This document shows, piece by piece, positions 7,886 through 17,530 of a stretch of 64,000 nucleotides of DNA (position 1 is its first letter; each line of letters opens with the position of its first letter). The stretch lies in the IMG/VR virus record IMGVR_UViG_3300046492_000199; one strand, given 5' to 3'. This stretch comes from a virus. The position numbers were made by a program, and so were the translations under genes. A model generated the notes under the pieces. It ran no database searches. It was not told where the DNA came from and was given only the letters and a program-made list of their open reading frames with translations.

Positions 7886-9067
7886 ATGAATTACGAATTC
7901 CCTCGGATCGTTCACATTCAGCAGGCGCTTGATGCAATCAAAGGAGATGAAGACCTTTTCTACGTCGTGGAGAAGGATGGTTATACCGTCATCAATTATA
8001 AGCTGCCATGCAACAAGACCTTTCCGCCTGTGACAAATCGTAACACTGCGATTCGTAGGGAACTTCGTGGCATTAAATTTGATTCCGCTACAGGCGAGAC
8101 AATTTCTCGCCCGTACCACAAATTCTTCAACGCGGGAGAGCGTGAAGAAACTCTTCTTCCCTCTATCGATATTTCAAAAATCTACAATCGTTTGGAAAAG
8201 CTTGATGGGTCTATGGTTCATCCGTTGAGGATCAGAGGTGCCCAACGTTGGGCCACCAAAATGGGGATTACTGATACCTCAATGCAAACCGAGAATTGGT
8301 TAGTCGCTAATCATTATCAGGAAATTATTGAATTTTGCAACGAAGCTATGGACGACGGTTTTACTCCTATTTTTGAATGGTGTAGTCGTTTGAATAGAAT
8401 TGTCGTGGACTATCCAGTAGATAGACTTGTGCTTACCGCTGTTCGCCACACCTTGGACGGTTGGTACATGACCTATGACGAAATGGTTGTCTATGATGCG
8501 GTAAAAGAATATGGAATAGAAGTTGTGAGCAAAAACGAAGCTCCTCTTCATTCCATGGAAGAATATGTTAATTTCATCTACGAACTGAAGTCCGATGAAA
8601 TGACTGAAGGTGAAGTCCTTCGGTTCAGCGACGGCCACATGGTCAAGGTAAAAACGCAAGACTACATCAATCTCCATAGGACCAAGGATAAGATTCAGCG
8701 TGAAAGACATTTCGTTGCTATACTGCTCGCTGGTCAATTAGACGACCTAAAGCCATTCATGCTAGCCGAAGATTTGACTAAGGCCGAGGCTTACGAGATT
8801 CAGTTAAACCAGAACATCACAGAACTTTGCCGAACCTTGTTTCATGAAGTTAATGCCATTCTGAAAGTGAAGCTCCCGCGTAAGGACTTCGCCATTAATT
8901 CAAAAGCGCCTCCTTTGATCAAGTCAATCATTTTCCATCTGTGGGACAGAGATTTTCCATTGGATGAGATGGAAGATGAAATCATGAATCGGCTCCGAGA
9001 GGCGTGTGAATCTGAGCAGAAATTTGAACGAGTCAAACCCTTAATCTTGAAAGGATGTGAGTGGTGA
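7886..9067 (+). CDS. rnlA: RNA ligase 1 (T4 RnlA-like)
   Basis: RELRGIKF, SRPYHKFFN, EKLDGSM, TPIFEW, EGEV, VKVK. Confidence 0.9.
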   Translation: MNYEFPRIVHIQQALDAIKGDEDLFYVVEKDGYTVINYKLPCNKTFPPVTNRNTAIRRELRGIKFDSATGETISRPYHKFFNAGEREETLLPSIDISKIYNRLEKLDGSMVHPLRIRGAQRWATKMGITDTSMQTENWLVANHYQEIIEFCNEAMDDGFTPIFEWCSRLNRIVVDYPVDRLVLTAVRHTLDGWYMTYDEMVVYDAVKEYGIEVVSKNEAPLHSMEEYVNFIYELKSDEMTEGEVLRFSDGHMVKVKTQDYINLHRTKDKIQRERHFVAILLAGQLDDLKPFMLAEDLTKAEAYEIQLNQNITELCRTLFHEVNAILKVKLPRKDFAINSKAPPLIKSIIFHLWDRDFPLDEMEDEIMNRLREACESEQKFERVKPLILKGCEW

Positions 9068-9285
9068 AAAAGTTTATAATCATTGGGGTGATGGCGTTAG
9101 GTCTAACGTCTTGTGGAATAGATGAAGGTGATTTTGTTTATGTCAGAGGTGACACTGAGACGCTTTTTGGCTATGTCATTACAAAAAACTTTAACGTGAC
9201 TTTTGTTAAGCTTTGTGACGGCAGGGTTGTTAGTGCCTCCGAAGGCTATATGGCTGAAGCCCCTGACGGGGAAGTATGCCAATGA
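9061..9285 (+). CDS. Small lipoprotein, paralog 1
   Basis: Signal peptide with lipobox LTSC; VKLCDG; terminal Cys. Confidence 0.75.
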   Translation: MVKKFIIIGVMALGLTSCGIDEGDFVYVRGDTETLFGYVITKNFNVTFVKLCDGRVVSASEGYMAEAPDGEVCQ

Positions 9286-9509
9286 GAAAGCTTTTAATCC
9301 TTGGCCTAATTGCTTTAGGTCTCACGTCTTGCGGACCTGAAGTTGGACAGAATGTTTATGTCGGCGCTAAGGGTGGGCCAACCCTTTTAGGCGCTGTCGT
9401 GGCTGGCGGTTACGCCAGAGACTATTCTGTTGTGCGCCTTTGCGATGGCCAAACCTTCTCCGTGAAGACTGACAATCTCATAGTCACTGAAGAAATGTGC
9501 CCCCAATGA
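9276..9509 (+). CDS. Small lipoprotein, paralog 2
   Basis: Signal peptide with lipobox LTSC; VRLCDG; terminal Cys. Confidence 0.75.
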   Translation: MPMRKLLILGLIALGLTSCGPEVGQNVYVGAKGGPTLLGAVVAGGYARDYSVVRLCDGQTFSVKTDNLIVTEEMCPQ

Positions 9510-10129
9510 GTGAGTGCGCCAATTGTGACACGTGCCCCTTCACTACGCCGGTCGATACACTTCATTACGAGATTCACATCACTGTGGATCACCGTGATAC
9601 TTTTGTGGACGATTGTTACGCCATCGGTGTACGGCCTGTCATTATTGATATGGGACATGGCGTCCCGACCCACTCAATGACTACGTCCACGCTTAAAGAT
9701 TCAAACGACACCATGGCGTTTGTCACGGCACATTCCATAGCAAAAGCTTTAGAAGATATTGGTTACGACGTAGAACGTATCAAAATCGAAACGGTTCCAT
9801 GGCATCCCAAAGCCTCATGCCCGGAGTCGGAACAATATTTCGAAACGCATTTCGCTATCGACAATCCTAGTACGATGGACAATGTTTTAATATTAGGGCT
9901 GGCAAGTTTTCTCCACCGCTCCCGAAATGTCCTAAAGAAGAATGATAAAAACGTTCAGATGTACACTTACAGGAGTAGGGACAAGGCTGAACACTTCCGA
10001 ACCGTGACAGAGGTAACAGATACTTTGAAATGGTCCGAAGTGCCTCTGAATAAAGTGATTACAGAATTTGCATTATATGACACAAACGAAAGAATGGATG
10101 ATCCATGGCTAAAATCCTTATTGCGCTGA
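9497..10129 (+). CDS. Conserved hypothetical protein with two E.H motifs
   Basis: YEIHITV...RIKIETVPWHP...YFETHF. Confidence 0.65.
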   Translation: MPPMSECANCDTCPFTTPVDTLHYEIHITVDHRDTFVDDCYAIGVRPVIIDMGHGVPTHSMTTSTLKDSNDTMAFVTAHSIAKALEDIGYDVERIKIETVPWHPKASCPESEQYFETHFAIDNPSTMDNVLILGLASFLHRSRNVLKKNDKNVQMYTYRSRDKAEHFRTVTEVTDTLKWSEVPLNKVITEFALYDTNERMDDPWLKSLLR

Positions 10130-10572
10130 GCTATCCGCTCTATGCCGTTTACTTCCCCTTCAATCTCTTACTCGTACTGCTCTCCTATATCCTGTCGCCA
10201 GTTCTTGCCGCGCTATCTTTTATTTTCGGCCCTAAGCTTCCCGGTATGCTTCAGTGGTTCGGAACAATTGATGACGATCTAGATGGAGGAATTCACCAAC
10301 ACGTAGGCGGTTATGATCCTGATGCAAAGGGTTTCTCGTTGTGGTGGCAAAGAACTTGTTGGGTATGTCGTAATCCGGCCCACGGTTGGCAGTCCGTCGT
10401 TCTTGGATTTAAAGGTACTAATAAAGGCTTCACTTTTAAACGCGATATCAATGTCACTTCAAAATACTACCTAAAGCTTTGGCTCGGTTGGAGCGATAGA
10501 TCGTATGACGGAACTTATTTCCACTACCTGTTCCAGTCCGGAATTAAAACAAGAAAAGATTACAATGACTGA
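10105..10572 (+). CDS. Membrane protein
   Basis: N-terminal TM; LQWFGTIDDDLDG...WVCRNPAHG motif common in phages. Confidence 0.6.
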   Translation: MAKILIALSYPLYAVYFPFNLLLVLLSYILSPVLAALSFIFGPKLPGMLQWFGTIDDDLDGGIHQHVGGYDPDAKGFSLWWQRTCWVCRNPAHGWQSVVLGFKGTNKGFTFKRDINVTSKYYLKLWLGWSDRSYDGTYFHYLFQSGIKTRKDYND

Positions 10573-11041
10573 ATATCTGTACAATCCTGACATGCCCCTC
10601 GTGACGCAGTTTGATTTCCTGAGAGAAAACATTAGACCAGAGGCTTATACCGATACCGCAATCGCAGCCGCGATGGAACGTCTCTATGACGCCATTGTTC
10701 CAGTGATGCAGGGCTATCGAGACTTGTTGGGCCCAGATGATCCCCTTGCGGTCTATCTCAATTATTTCACCCGCACCGCTATTGATATTTTGGAGGATGA
10801 AAATGATGAACCCGAACTTTATGCAACAGTACCACTTGGAAGCATCATTGAAGGGAAATTCACTAAAATCCCTGCTCTGTCTACTGTTCGCATCACTGCT
10901 GCCTCCCCTCTTGGTGATGTTGGCATCACTCGTAATCTATCAGCATCTCGTGGCTTTGAAACTCGCGTCTTTTGGGACAGCTTGACAGATTACCGCGTCA
11001 CGGCAGAGAAGGAAGTCGAAAATGGAAACACCTCCGCCTAG
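10505..11041 (+). CDS. Hypothetical protein (true start probably MTEYL near 10565)
   Basis: Operon tiling. Confidence 0.55.
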   Translation: MTELISTTCSSPELKQEKITMTEYLYNPDMPLVTQFDFLRENIRPEAYTDTAIAAAMERLYDAIVPVMQGYRDLLGPDDPLAVYLNYFTRTAIDILEDENDEPELYATVPLGSIIEGKFTKIPALSTVRITAASPLGDVGITRNLSASRGFETRVFWDSLTDYRVTAEKEVENGNTSA

Positions 11042-11197
11042 AACAATTACGCGAGAAAACGCGACAGTATTTCTTATCGAAGATGGTGGATTAACGCTGC
11101 CAATCGATGACGGGCTGGATGTGCCGGGATGGGAATATGTAGTGCTCAGAACTGTTGATGGTATGACAGTTAGAATGCCAACCAAGCGTGAGGGATA

Positions 11198-11401
11198 TTG
11201 ATTATGACAAATGAAGAACGCCGCGCAGCTTATTCTCAGTTCCGCTTGGATTATAATGATTATCTTAATTCGGAAGTCCCTGTGGATGAGAAGGAAGATT
11301 TGTTCGAACCTCCCGTTGGTGTCAACATTATTTGGGCCAGTGGATCAAGTGATTTTCTCGGACAAGATGATCGAAGGTACTTTACTTTTCTAGGAGATTG
11401 A
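11198..11401 (+). CDS. Hypothetical protein
   Basis: RBS gaggg; tiling. Confidence 0.5.
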   Translation: MIMTNEERRAAYSQFRLDYNDYLNSEVPVDEKEDLFEPPVGVNIIWASGSSDFLGQDDRRYFTFLGD

Positions 11402-11402
11402 T

Positions 11403-11918
11403 TTGCCTAAAAATTTTATTATTGTGCTTGTCGGACCGCCCTGTACCGGCAAGTCCACGTTCCGCCAAAGACTGAAGCAAGACTTTGAATTCATGCCGAT
11501 TTCTTCAGACGATTATATCGAGGAAGCGGCACGTCGCCACAACACGACGTATAGCAAAATCTTTGAACACGCTGTGAGTAATGCTACGAAACAGGCCGAG
11601 CTTGATGCTAAATTAGCTTTGGATAGCAGTCTTGACGTGGTTTGGGATCAGACTAACTTAACCGAGAAGAAGCGGAAGAAAATCCTTGACAAATTCGATA
11701 ATTATGTTAAGATATGCGTATATTTCGAGATTGAAGACTCTTTCGAATGGATGAAGCGATTGTATCATAGGGCCGGAGCTGAAGGTAAGTACATTCCTTA
11801 CCATATCATTGATGGTATGAACCGCACCTATCAGCATCCGGTTTATTCCGAAGGTTTTGATTACGTCACGGATCGACATGGCTTCAGTAATAATATTGTG
11901 AAGGAGTTAATTAAGTAA
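11403..11918 (+). CDS. P-loop polynucleotide kinase (AAA_33/PseT N-terminal-like), stand-alone
   Basis: VGPPCTGKST, ISSDD, VVWDQTNL, R......IP. Confidence 0.85.
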   Translation: MPKNFIIVLVGPPCTGKSTFRQRLKQDFEFMPISSDDYIEEAARRHNTTYSKIFEHAVSNATKQAELDAKLALDSSLDVVWDQTNLTEKKRKKILDKFDNYVKICVYFEIEDSFEWMKRLYHRAGAEGKYIPYHIIDGMNRTYQHPVYSEGFDYVTDRHGFSNNIVKELIK

Positions 11919-12466
11919 TGTCTAATGTTTACTTCACCAGTGATACCCATTTTGGTCACGCCCGAATCATCACTATCGGCGCGGGTCGCCCCTTCAAAAC
12001 CATTCAGGAGCATGACGCTGAACTTATCAAGCGTTGGAACGCCAAGGTAGGACCGGATGACGTTGTTTTCCACCTCGGAGATTTCAACTACAAATCTTCC
12101 GTCGATGCTGATTACTATCTGAAGCAACTCAATGGCAAAATATTCTTCCTCATCATTGGGAATCACGACGGGCAAAAGACTATCACAGCCGAAGGTTGGG
12201 GAGTTACACCGCTTCCGTACCAAGAGCTTGAACTGAATGGCACGCTTATCACGCTCTGCCATTATCCAATCGAAGAATGGAACGGTTATTTCAAAGGTTC
12301 GTGGATGCTACACGGCCATGTCCACGGCATGACGAAGACTGTTCCAATCAGGAAGAATAGAGTAGATGTAGGCGTTGATAATTTCAACTTCGCCCCGGCT
12401 ACTTTCGAAGAAATTCAGGAGTTTAACAGAAAGGCTTTAGATGCCAAAATACCTGCGACAAGTTAA
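11918..12466 (+). CDS. Calcineurin-like metallophosphoesterase
   Basis: TSDTHFGH, HLGDF, GNHD, LCHYP, LHGHVH. Confidence 0.9.
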   Translation: MSNVYFTSDTHFGHARIITIGAGRPFKTIQEHDAELIKRWNAKVGPDDVVFHLGDFNYKSSVDADYYLKQLNGKIFFLIIGNHDGQKTITAEGWGVTPLPYQELELNGTLITLCHYPIEEWNGYFKGSWMLHGHVHGMTKTVPIRKNRVDVGVDNFNFAPATFEEIQEFNRKALDAKIPATS

Positions 12467-12692
12467 TCAAGGGGTAGAAGCTTTTAAAATTAGAAATGAT
12501 GGACCTACGCCTGTCCCTGATTGGTTTCCTTCCAATTATGAAATAGTCAGAGTTGGCATTGTGTTCGAATCTTCAAAAGGAGATTATAGTCTAGCCCCTT
12601 GGGGAAGTTACATAGTGAAATATGAAGGTGAAGATTTATTAGGAGTAATGAGTGCTCTCACGTTTGAGAACCACTTCACTCTAGTTCCATAA
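12441..12692 (+). CDS. Hypothetical protein
   Basis: Operon tiling. Confidence 0.5.
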   Translation: MPKYLRQVNQGVEAFKIRNDGPTPVPDWFPSNYEIVRVGIVFESSKGDYSLAPWGSYIVKYEGEDLLGVMSALTFENHFTLVP

Positions 12693-12729
12693 TTAAATAA
12701 TAAAAACAAAATAGAATAGGAATGGGCAT

Positions 12730-13230
12730 TTGACCACAATCGCATTTCGTGACGGCGTACTAGCATCAGATTCAAAAGTATCTTCAGGTTCTGATGTTTT
12801 CGTTGGAGAATTCCAGAAGATTTTTAAATTGATTGTCGAAGAAGAATTATCTTGGATCGATAGATTAGTTTTTAGGAAAGAGCCGGAACAGGTTGAATAT
12901 CTGATTGGCGCAGCTGGCACCTTGGAGGATATTCAGGAGTATATTGGTAATATGTTTATGGGAGGAGAAAGAACCAAAGCAAGTTATGATTGCTCTCTCC
13001 TCGCAGTTTGTCAAGATGATGAAGGCGGTTACATCATTACTAAATATGACGGCGGGCAAAAAGGTTTTCAACTCTCAGCAAAATACGCTTCTATCGGCTC
13101 TGGATACGAAATTGCGCTAGGCGCGATGTATCATGGCGCGTCGGCGGAAGAAGCTGTCAAAGCGGCAATGTATCACGACAATACAAGCGGCGGCGAGTTG
13201 CAAAGAGTGAGCTTCGCTGACGATGAGTGA
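12730..13230 (+). CDS. Ntn-hydrolase (proteasome-beta/HslV-like) peptidase
   Basis: N-terminal (M)TTIA..DGVLASDS; SIGSG..IALGAM; A.EAVKAA...D..SGG. Confidence 0.8.
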   Translation: MTTIAFRDGVLASDSKVSSGSDVFVGEFQKIFKLIVEEELSWIDRLVFRKEPEQVEYLIGAAGTLEDIQEYIGNMFMGGERTKASYDCSLLAVCQDDEGGYIITKYDGGQKGFQLSAKYASIGSGYEIALGAMYHGASAEEAVKAAMYHDNTSGGELQRVSFADDE

Positions 13231-13398
13231 AGAATTTAAAAAGGACTTTGGCGAGCTAAATAAATATTTTGAAATGCTGCGCCAAGGCAACGCAATTGCG
13301 TCTCGTCTCAATGCTCAAATCATTTCCGAACACAGCGCAAAAACTTTATTTGTCAAAATGATTGAGAATTTGACCAAGGAAGTTTTGAAAGATAAAAA

Positions 13399-13755
13399 AT
13401 GAATATAATGATTGACTATGACCTAACCTATACCGCTGCGATTGAGATGTGGCGCATGGTAGTGCCCATGTTTCTGGATCACGGTCATAAGGTTTTCCTA
13501 GTCACGTCGAGAGGGATGGACACGCCGGTTGAACTGGTTAACGATTTCCTTCCTCTAAATATTCCCATAATTTACTGCAACTACAGGGCTAAGAAGAAGG
13601 TCTGCGAAGGGCGCGGTATCAAAATTGATATCTGGATCGATGACGATCCTTATTACATCGTACATGGATTTATTGAAGAAGATGATCAAGATATTCAAAA
13701 CGGACCCGGAGACAGTCACACCGTTCGGCATCTGGTTGGCAACGGGCCTAAATAA
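13399..13755 (+). CDS. HAD-superfamily hydrolase
   Basis: IDYDLTYT, VTSR, IDIWIDDDP. Confidence 0.75.
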   Translation: MNIMIDYDLTYTAAIEMWRMVVPMFLDHGHKVFLVTSRGMDTPVELVNDFLPLNIPIIYCNYRAKKKVCEGRGIKIDIWIDDDPYYIVHGFIEEDDQDIQNGPGDSHTVRHLVGNGPK

Positions 13756-14167
13756 AGCAATCAATATTATTTGGCCTTTTGTGCCACGGCACAGATACGA
13801 ATACCTAGAAGAAAAGTACACTATTAAAAGTTTCGAACTTTACGAGACCACCAGAAATTTAGCCGAGTTAGAAGAGTTTCAATTTAATAAGGGTCCGCGT
13901 TACGTCCCGTTCCCGGACTACAAATATTCGTTTAGGCAGCAAGAAATTGCCGACCAACGCCCCATCACTCGCATTAGTTTGAGTGCTGAGCCGCTTCGAA
14001 GTTATTATCAGATCGATACCTATCAATTAAGTTTCGAAGATAGTTCCGAATATATTAAAAATTTATTAGTACGACAATCCGGTGAACTTTTCAGAAAGAA
14101 GGGTGAGGCTGATATGCGTAAAGTTATTGAAAGTTTATCCCAAAATGACGACAGGAAAATTTATTAA
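13625..14167 (+). CDS. Hypothetical protein (start uncertain)
   Basis: Fills the gap between HAD and Rnl2. Confidence 0.5.
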   Translation: MISGSMTILITSYMDLLKKMIKIFKTDPETVTPFGIWLATGLNKAINIIWPFVPRHRYEYLEEKYTIKSFELYETTRNLAELEEFQFNKGPRYVPFPDYKYSFRQQEIADQRPITRISLSAEPLRSYYQIDTYQLSFEDSSEYIKNLLVRQSGELFRKKGEADMRKVIESLSQNDDRKIY

Positions 14168-15194
14168 ATTCCCTTCTATCGAAGCGTTTTCAAGTGTGAA
14201 TGCCACGGTCAAGCGTCGATTCGAACTTGACAATCGACCAAAGGTGTTGTACCGTGGCAAGGTAAAACTTCATGGCACGAACGCCGGGATCAGAGTCGAT
14301 CCAGATGGGACAGTGACTTGCTTCAAAAGAACCGGGGTTTGCAACGTCGAGAACGATAATGCAGGATTCGCTAATTGGGTGGAGACTGTAAAAGATAAAC
14401 TTATTGTTTATCCTTGGACCTACATCCTTTATGGTGAATGGGCCGGTCCCGGTATTCAAAAGAAAGTGGCTGTATCTCAAATTGCCAAGAAGACTTTCTT
14501 TGTGTTCGCTGCGCATCTTCCTCACGCTGTTATGTTAGAAGCTCTTCCCGGCGAGCCTAGAATTCCTAGCGGAAGTGACAGAAGTAATTATGTGATGCTG
14601 GATAAGAGCGGAATTGATTACGTCTTTAACAAGCACAATGTCTTTGAGACAATCCCTTGGGGAACGGAAGAATTTGTCGTAGATTTCAGGCTGCAAAGCT
14701 CTATGGAGCGTTTCACCAAGGAAGTGACTTCTTTGGTCGAAGCTTGTGACAAAGTCGATCCTTACATTAAAGATCGATACGGAATTGAAGGCATTGGTGA
14801 GGGTTATGTTTTTGTGCCTCTTGATCCAATTGATTCTTTAGACTTCGATGTTTACAGCGATTTTCTTTTCAAGGCTAAGGGTGAGAGCCATCACGTCTCT
14901 TCCTCTGAGAAGAAGGTTTCGATTCAAATCGATCCAGCCGTGCTAGAAGGCTCAGCGGCTTTTGCCAAGGAGTTTGTCACTCAAGGCCGTTGCGAACAAG
15001 GCGTGACTGAGGCTTGCGGCGGGGAAGCTGTGATGAAGAATATGGGCGCATTCATGAAGTGGATCGGCCAAGACGTGCAGAAAGAATCTGTGAATGAGTT
15101 GGAAGCTTCTGGCCTTGATTGGAAGAACGTTTCTAAAGCAGTAAATCAACAAGCGAGAGATTGGTATATCCTCGCAACTGAGAGGAATTTGTAA
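14145..15194 (+). CDS. rnl2: RNA ligase 2 family
   Basis: KVKLHGTNAG (KxHGxN), LYGEWAGPGIQK, IGEGYV, FKAKG; start at ATG 14145. Confidence 0.88.
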   Translation: MTTGKFIKFPSIEAFSSVNATVKRRFELDNRPKVLYRGKVKLHGTNAGIRVDPDGTVTCFKRTGVCNVENDNAGFANWVETVKDKLIVYPWTYILYGEWAGPGIQKKVAVSQIAKKTFFVFAAHLPHAVMLEALPGEPRIPSGSDRSNYVMLDKSGIDYVFNKHNVFETIPWGTEEFVVDFRLQSSMERFTKEVTSLVEACDKVDPYIKDRYGIEGIGEGYVFVPLDPIDSLDFDVYSDFLFKAKGESHHVSSSEKKVSIQIDPAVLEGSAAFAKEFVTQGRCEQGVTEACGGEAVMKNMGAFMKWIGQDVQKESVNELEASGLDWKNVSKAVNQQARDWYILATERNL

Positions 15195-15676
15195 TGTCTA
15201 ACGAGTCTTTTAATGATTACGTAGTTTTCGATCTTGAATCATTGAGTCAAGTCCACGGAAGCGATTTTTATAACATTTCTTATGACTTAAGCGGGGCAGA
15301 AGCTCCTGTGGCTGGCGCTCCGACCACTCCTGATAGTGGTGAAGTCGTTGTCGGTGATCGATTCTACGACACCCTAGCCGGTGAAATCGAAGTAATTTAT
15401 GTTTCGGAGTTTGGTCAGATCGTTGCTAAGTTTAGCGACAACTCTATCTCGCTATTCGAATGCCTAGAAGATATTGAGGATGATGGCTTTGTTAAGGTCT
15501 TGGAAACCTCTGGCTTCATCAACGTGATTCGCGACACAGATTTCAATGACATTTTCTTTGACGATGGTGTGTATCTAACTCGGGATGCGGCGATTGCTGC
15601 ATTTGCAGATAACAAGCTTTCGACATGGGAACTGCTTGACACGACGCCCATTTCTTGGAGCAACAAGAATGACTGA
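15194..15676 (+). CDS. Acidic hypothetical protein
   Basis: TAATG coupling to rnl2. Confidence 0.55.
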   Translation: MSNESFNDYVVFDLESLSQVHGSDFYNISYDLSGAEAPVAGAPTTPDSGEVVVGDRFYDTLAGEIEVIYVSEFGQIVAKFSDNSISLFECLEDIEDDGFVKVLETSGFINVIRDTDFNDIFFDDGVYLTRDAAIAAFADNKLSTWELLDTTPISWSNKND

Positions 15677-15859
15677 CAAGTCAGAAATTTGGGTCACAAG
15701 TGGAACGACTGAAAGTGGCGATCCCATCGCCATTTTCCTTTGGGACAAAATGCCGTCTCGGAAGGAAGTGAAGAAAGTTTATATGGAACTTTATCCTGAC
15801 GAGTATGAAGAAGTGGGCCACGTATATTTCAACATAGAATTAGCAAGTTGGGCAAATAA

Positions 15860-16057
15860 ATGAGAAAAGAAGCTAAAGCAGCAGTCCTCAAAGCCGTTAC
15901 GAAACTCTTGGAAACAGCTACTGATCAACTGGAATATGACATTTACGGCGTAGATGATAAAGACTTGATCAACGTGATGAAGACCACGCTTGAGAAGCAG
16001 GCCGACGTAAATATCCAGCTGGCAGTTAGTTTTCTCAACAAGTTGAACGAGTCGTAA
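15860..16057 (+). CDS. Hypothetical protein
   Basis: Operon tiling. Confidence 0.5.
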   Translation: MRKEAKAAVLKAVTKLLETATDQLEYDIYGVDDKDLINVMKTTLEKQADVNIQLAVSFLNKLNES

Positions 16058-16058
16058 C

Positions 16059-16319
16059 ATGTCAAAGAAAAAGATGGGCTACCATCTCACAGAAATCAAG
16101 AAGGGCGAGTTGGGTAAAAGCTCAAAGATTTTAGAGGAAATTCTTGAGCTTCAGGACGCGGAACAACAGGGCTGTAAGGTTATGGCCCTTGTCGAATTAT
16201 CTGACATGGTAGGCGCGATTCAGGCTTATCTGGTCAGCAATTATCCCGATATGAGTCTTGCCGATCTGATGATTATGGCAGGAATTACGAAACGAGCTTT
16301 TGACAATGGAAGACGATGA
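16059..16319 (+). CDS. MazG-like NTP pyrophosphohydrolase
   Basis: GYH..EI.KG.LG..SKI.EE..EL.DA..Q...M.LVELSD..GAI (EExxE...ELxD metal motif). Confidence 0.7.
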   Translation: MSKKKMGYHLTEIKKGELGKSSKILEEILELQDAEQQGCKVMALVELSDMVGAIQAYLVSNYPDMSLADLMIMAGITKRAFDNGRR

Positions 16320-16509
16320 TTTTGAAAACTCAATGGCGGAATATGATGAAGGTTACGAGCGCGTAAGATCACTTCTTCTAGAACAGTTGCGCCATCTGGA
16401 CCAAGAATATAAAATGCGGGCCAGACCAATTATAGATAAACTTGCGCAGCTTGAAGCCTATAGGCCTTCGCCATTTTTAAGAGAGTTGTCATGGAAGACG
16501 ATAACCTAA
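16300..16509 (+). CDS. Hypothetical coiled-coil protein
   Basis: Overlaps both neighbours. Confidence 0.5.
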   Translation: MTMEDDDFENSMAEYDEGYERVRSLLLEQLRHLDQEYKMRARPIIDKLAQLEAYRPSPFLRELSWKTIT

Positions 16510-17042
16510 TTCGTTACGATCTAATCGCTAAAGCTCTTGACTTTTATAAAGATAAGGGTTATGTGGAGATATGTGTACCGTGGCACGTCAGGCCAGAAAT
16601 TTCGGCACTGACTTGCCCTAGCCCCGATAGGGCATATCCGTTTGAAGATGGCGTGTTTGTCGGCTCGGCTGAACAATCTATGATCCAAATGGCTGTTGAT
16701 GGCGAACTGATCGAAGATCAATATTATGTTGCCTGCTCCCCATGTTTCAGAAATGAGCCGGTTCTCGATGACCTTCATCAAAAATATTTTATGAAGGTCG
16801 AATTGTTTCATTTCGGAACCGCCCAAGACCCGTACAACAAAATCCGCAGAGATGCGTACAACTTCTTTAAAACTTTAACTAATAAAACTATTTATTGGAC
16901 GTTCGAAAACGAGACCGAGACAGATACCGACTTCGAAATAGCTGGCATCGAAATCGGCTCGTACAATTATAGAACTGGCGCTGGAATTACGTGGACCTGT
17001 GGTACTGGCCTCGCATTGCCTCGATTTACTAAGGTGATGTGA
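16491..17042 (+). CDS. Class II aminoacyl-tRNA-synthetase catalytic-core-only protein
   Basis: Motif 1 KGYVEICVP, GSAEQS, motif 2 PCFRNE...FMKVELF, IEIGSY, motif 3 GTGLALPRF; no anticodon-binding domain. Confidence 0.8.
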   Translation: MEDDNLIRYDLIAKALDFYKDKGYVEICVPWHVRPEISALTCPSPDRAYPFEDGVFVGSAEQSMIQMAVDGELIEDQYYVACSPCFRNEPVLDDLHQKYFMKVELFHFGTAQDPYNKIRRDAYNFFKTLTNKTIYWTFENETETDTDFEIAGIEIGSYNYRTGAGITWTCGTGLALPRFTKVM

Positions 17043-17323
17043 TGTTCCAAATTGCTTGGGTAATGTTTGACGGTTCATTTGATATTGCAAACGAATTTGC
17101 CTCATTGAGCGAACTACATGAATGGGCCAGAAAATGGCCATCGTCAGAATATGTTTGGAGACAAATCTGATGACCATCAAATTATTTGATTATAAGCTTT
17201 CTAAATTAACAGAGAAACGAGACGCGGCGATGAGTGCCGGTGCAACAGCCGTCGCGTTGAGACTGACATACGAAATTCTTGAACTAATTAATAATGAAAA
17301 GACTTTAAGAAAATTAGTATATA

Positions 17324-17527
17324 ATGTATAGAGAATTTCATTGTAAAATAGTTAGGGACGAACTTCCAAACGAAGAGGGAAGATGGGTTTCCTATATTGT
17401 AAAAGAGGGAGAAGATATCCCTACTTATGATACAATAATTAGAAATGGATGCCATATAGTCGCTTTGAGGGAAATCAAACCCGGACCCTCGGATCAGCCG
17501 GGGTTTATGGGTCAAGTTAATTTATAA
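17324..17527 (+). CDS. Hypothetical protein
   Basis: Operon tiling. Confidence 0.45.
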   Translation: MYREFHCKIVRDELPNEEGRWVSYIVKEGEDIPTYDTIIRNGCHIVALREIKPGPSDQPGFMGQVNL

Positions 17528-17530
17528 AAT

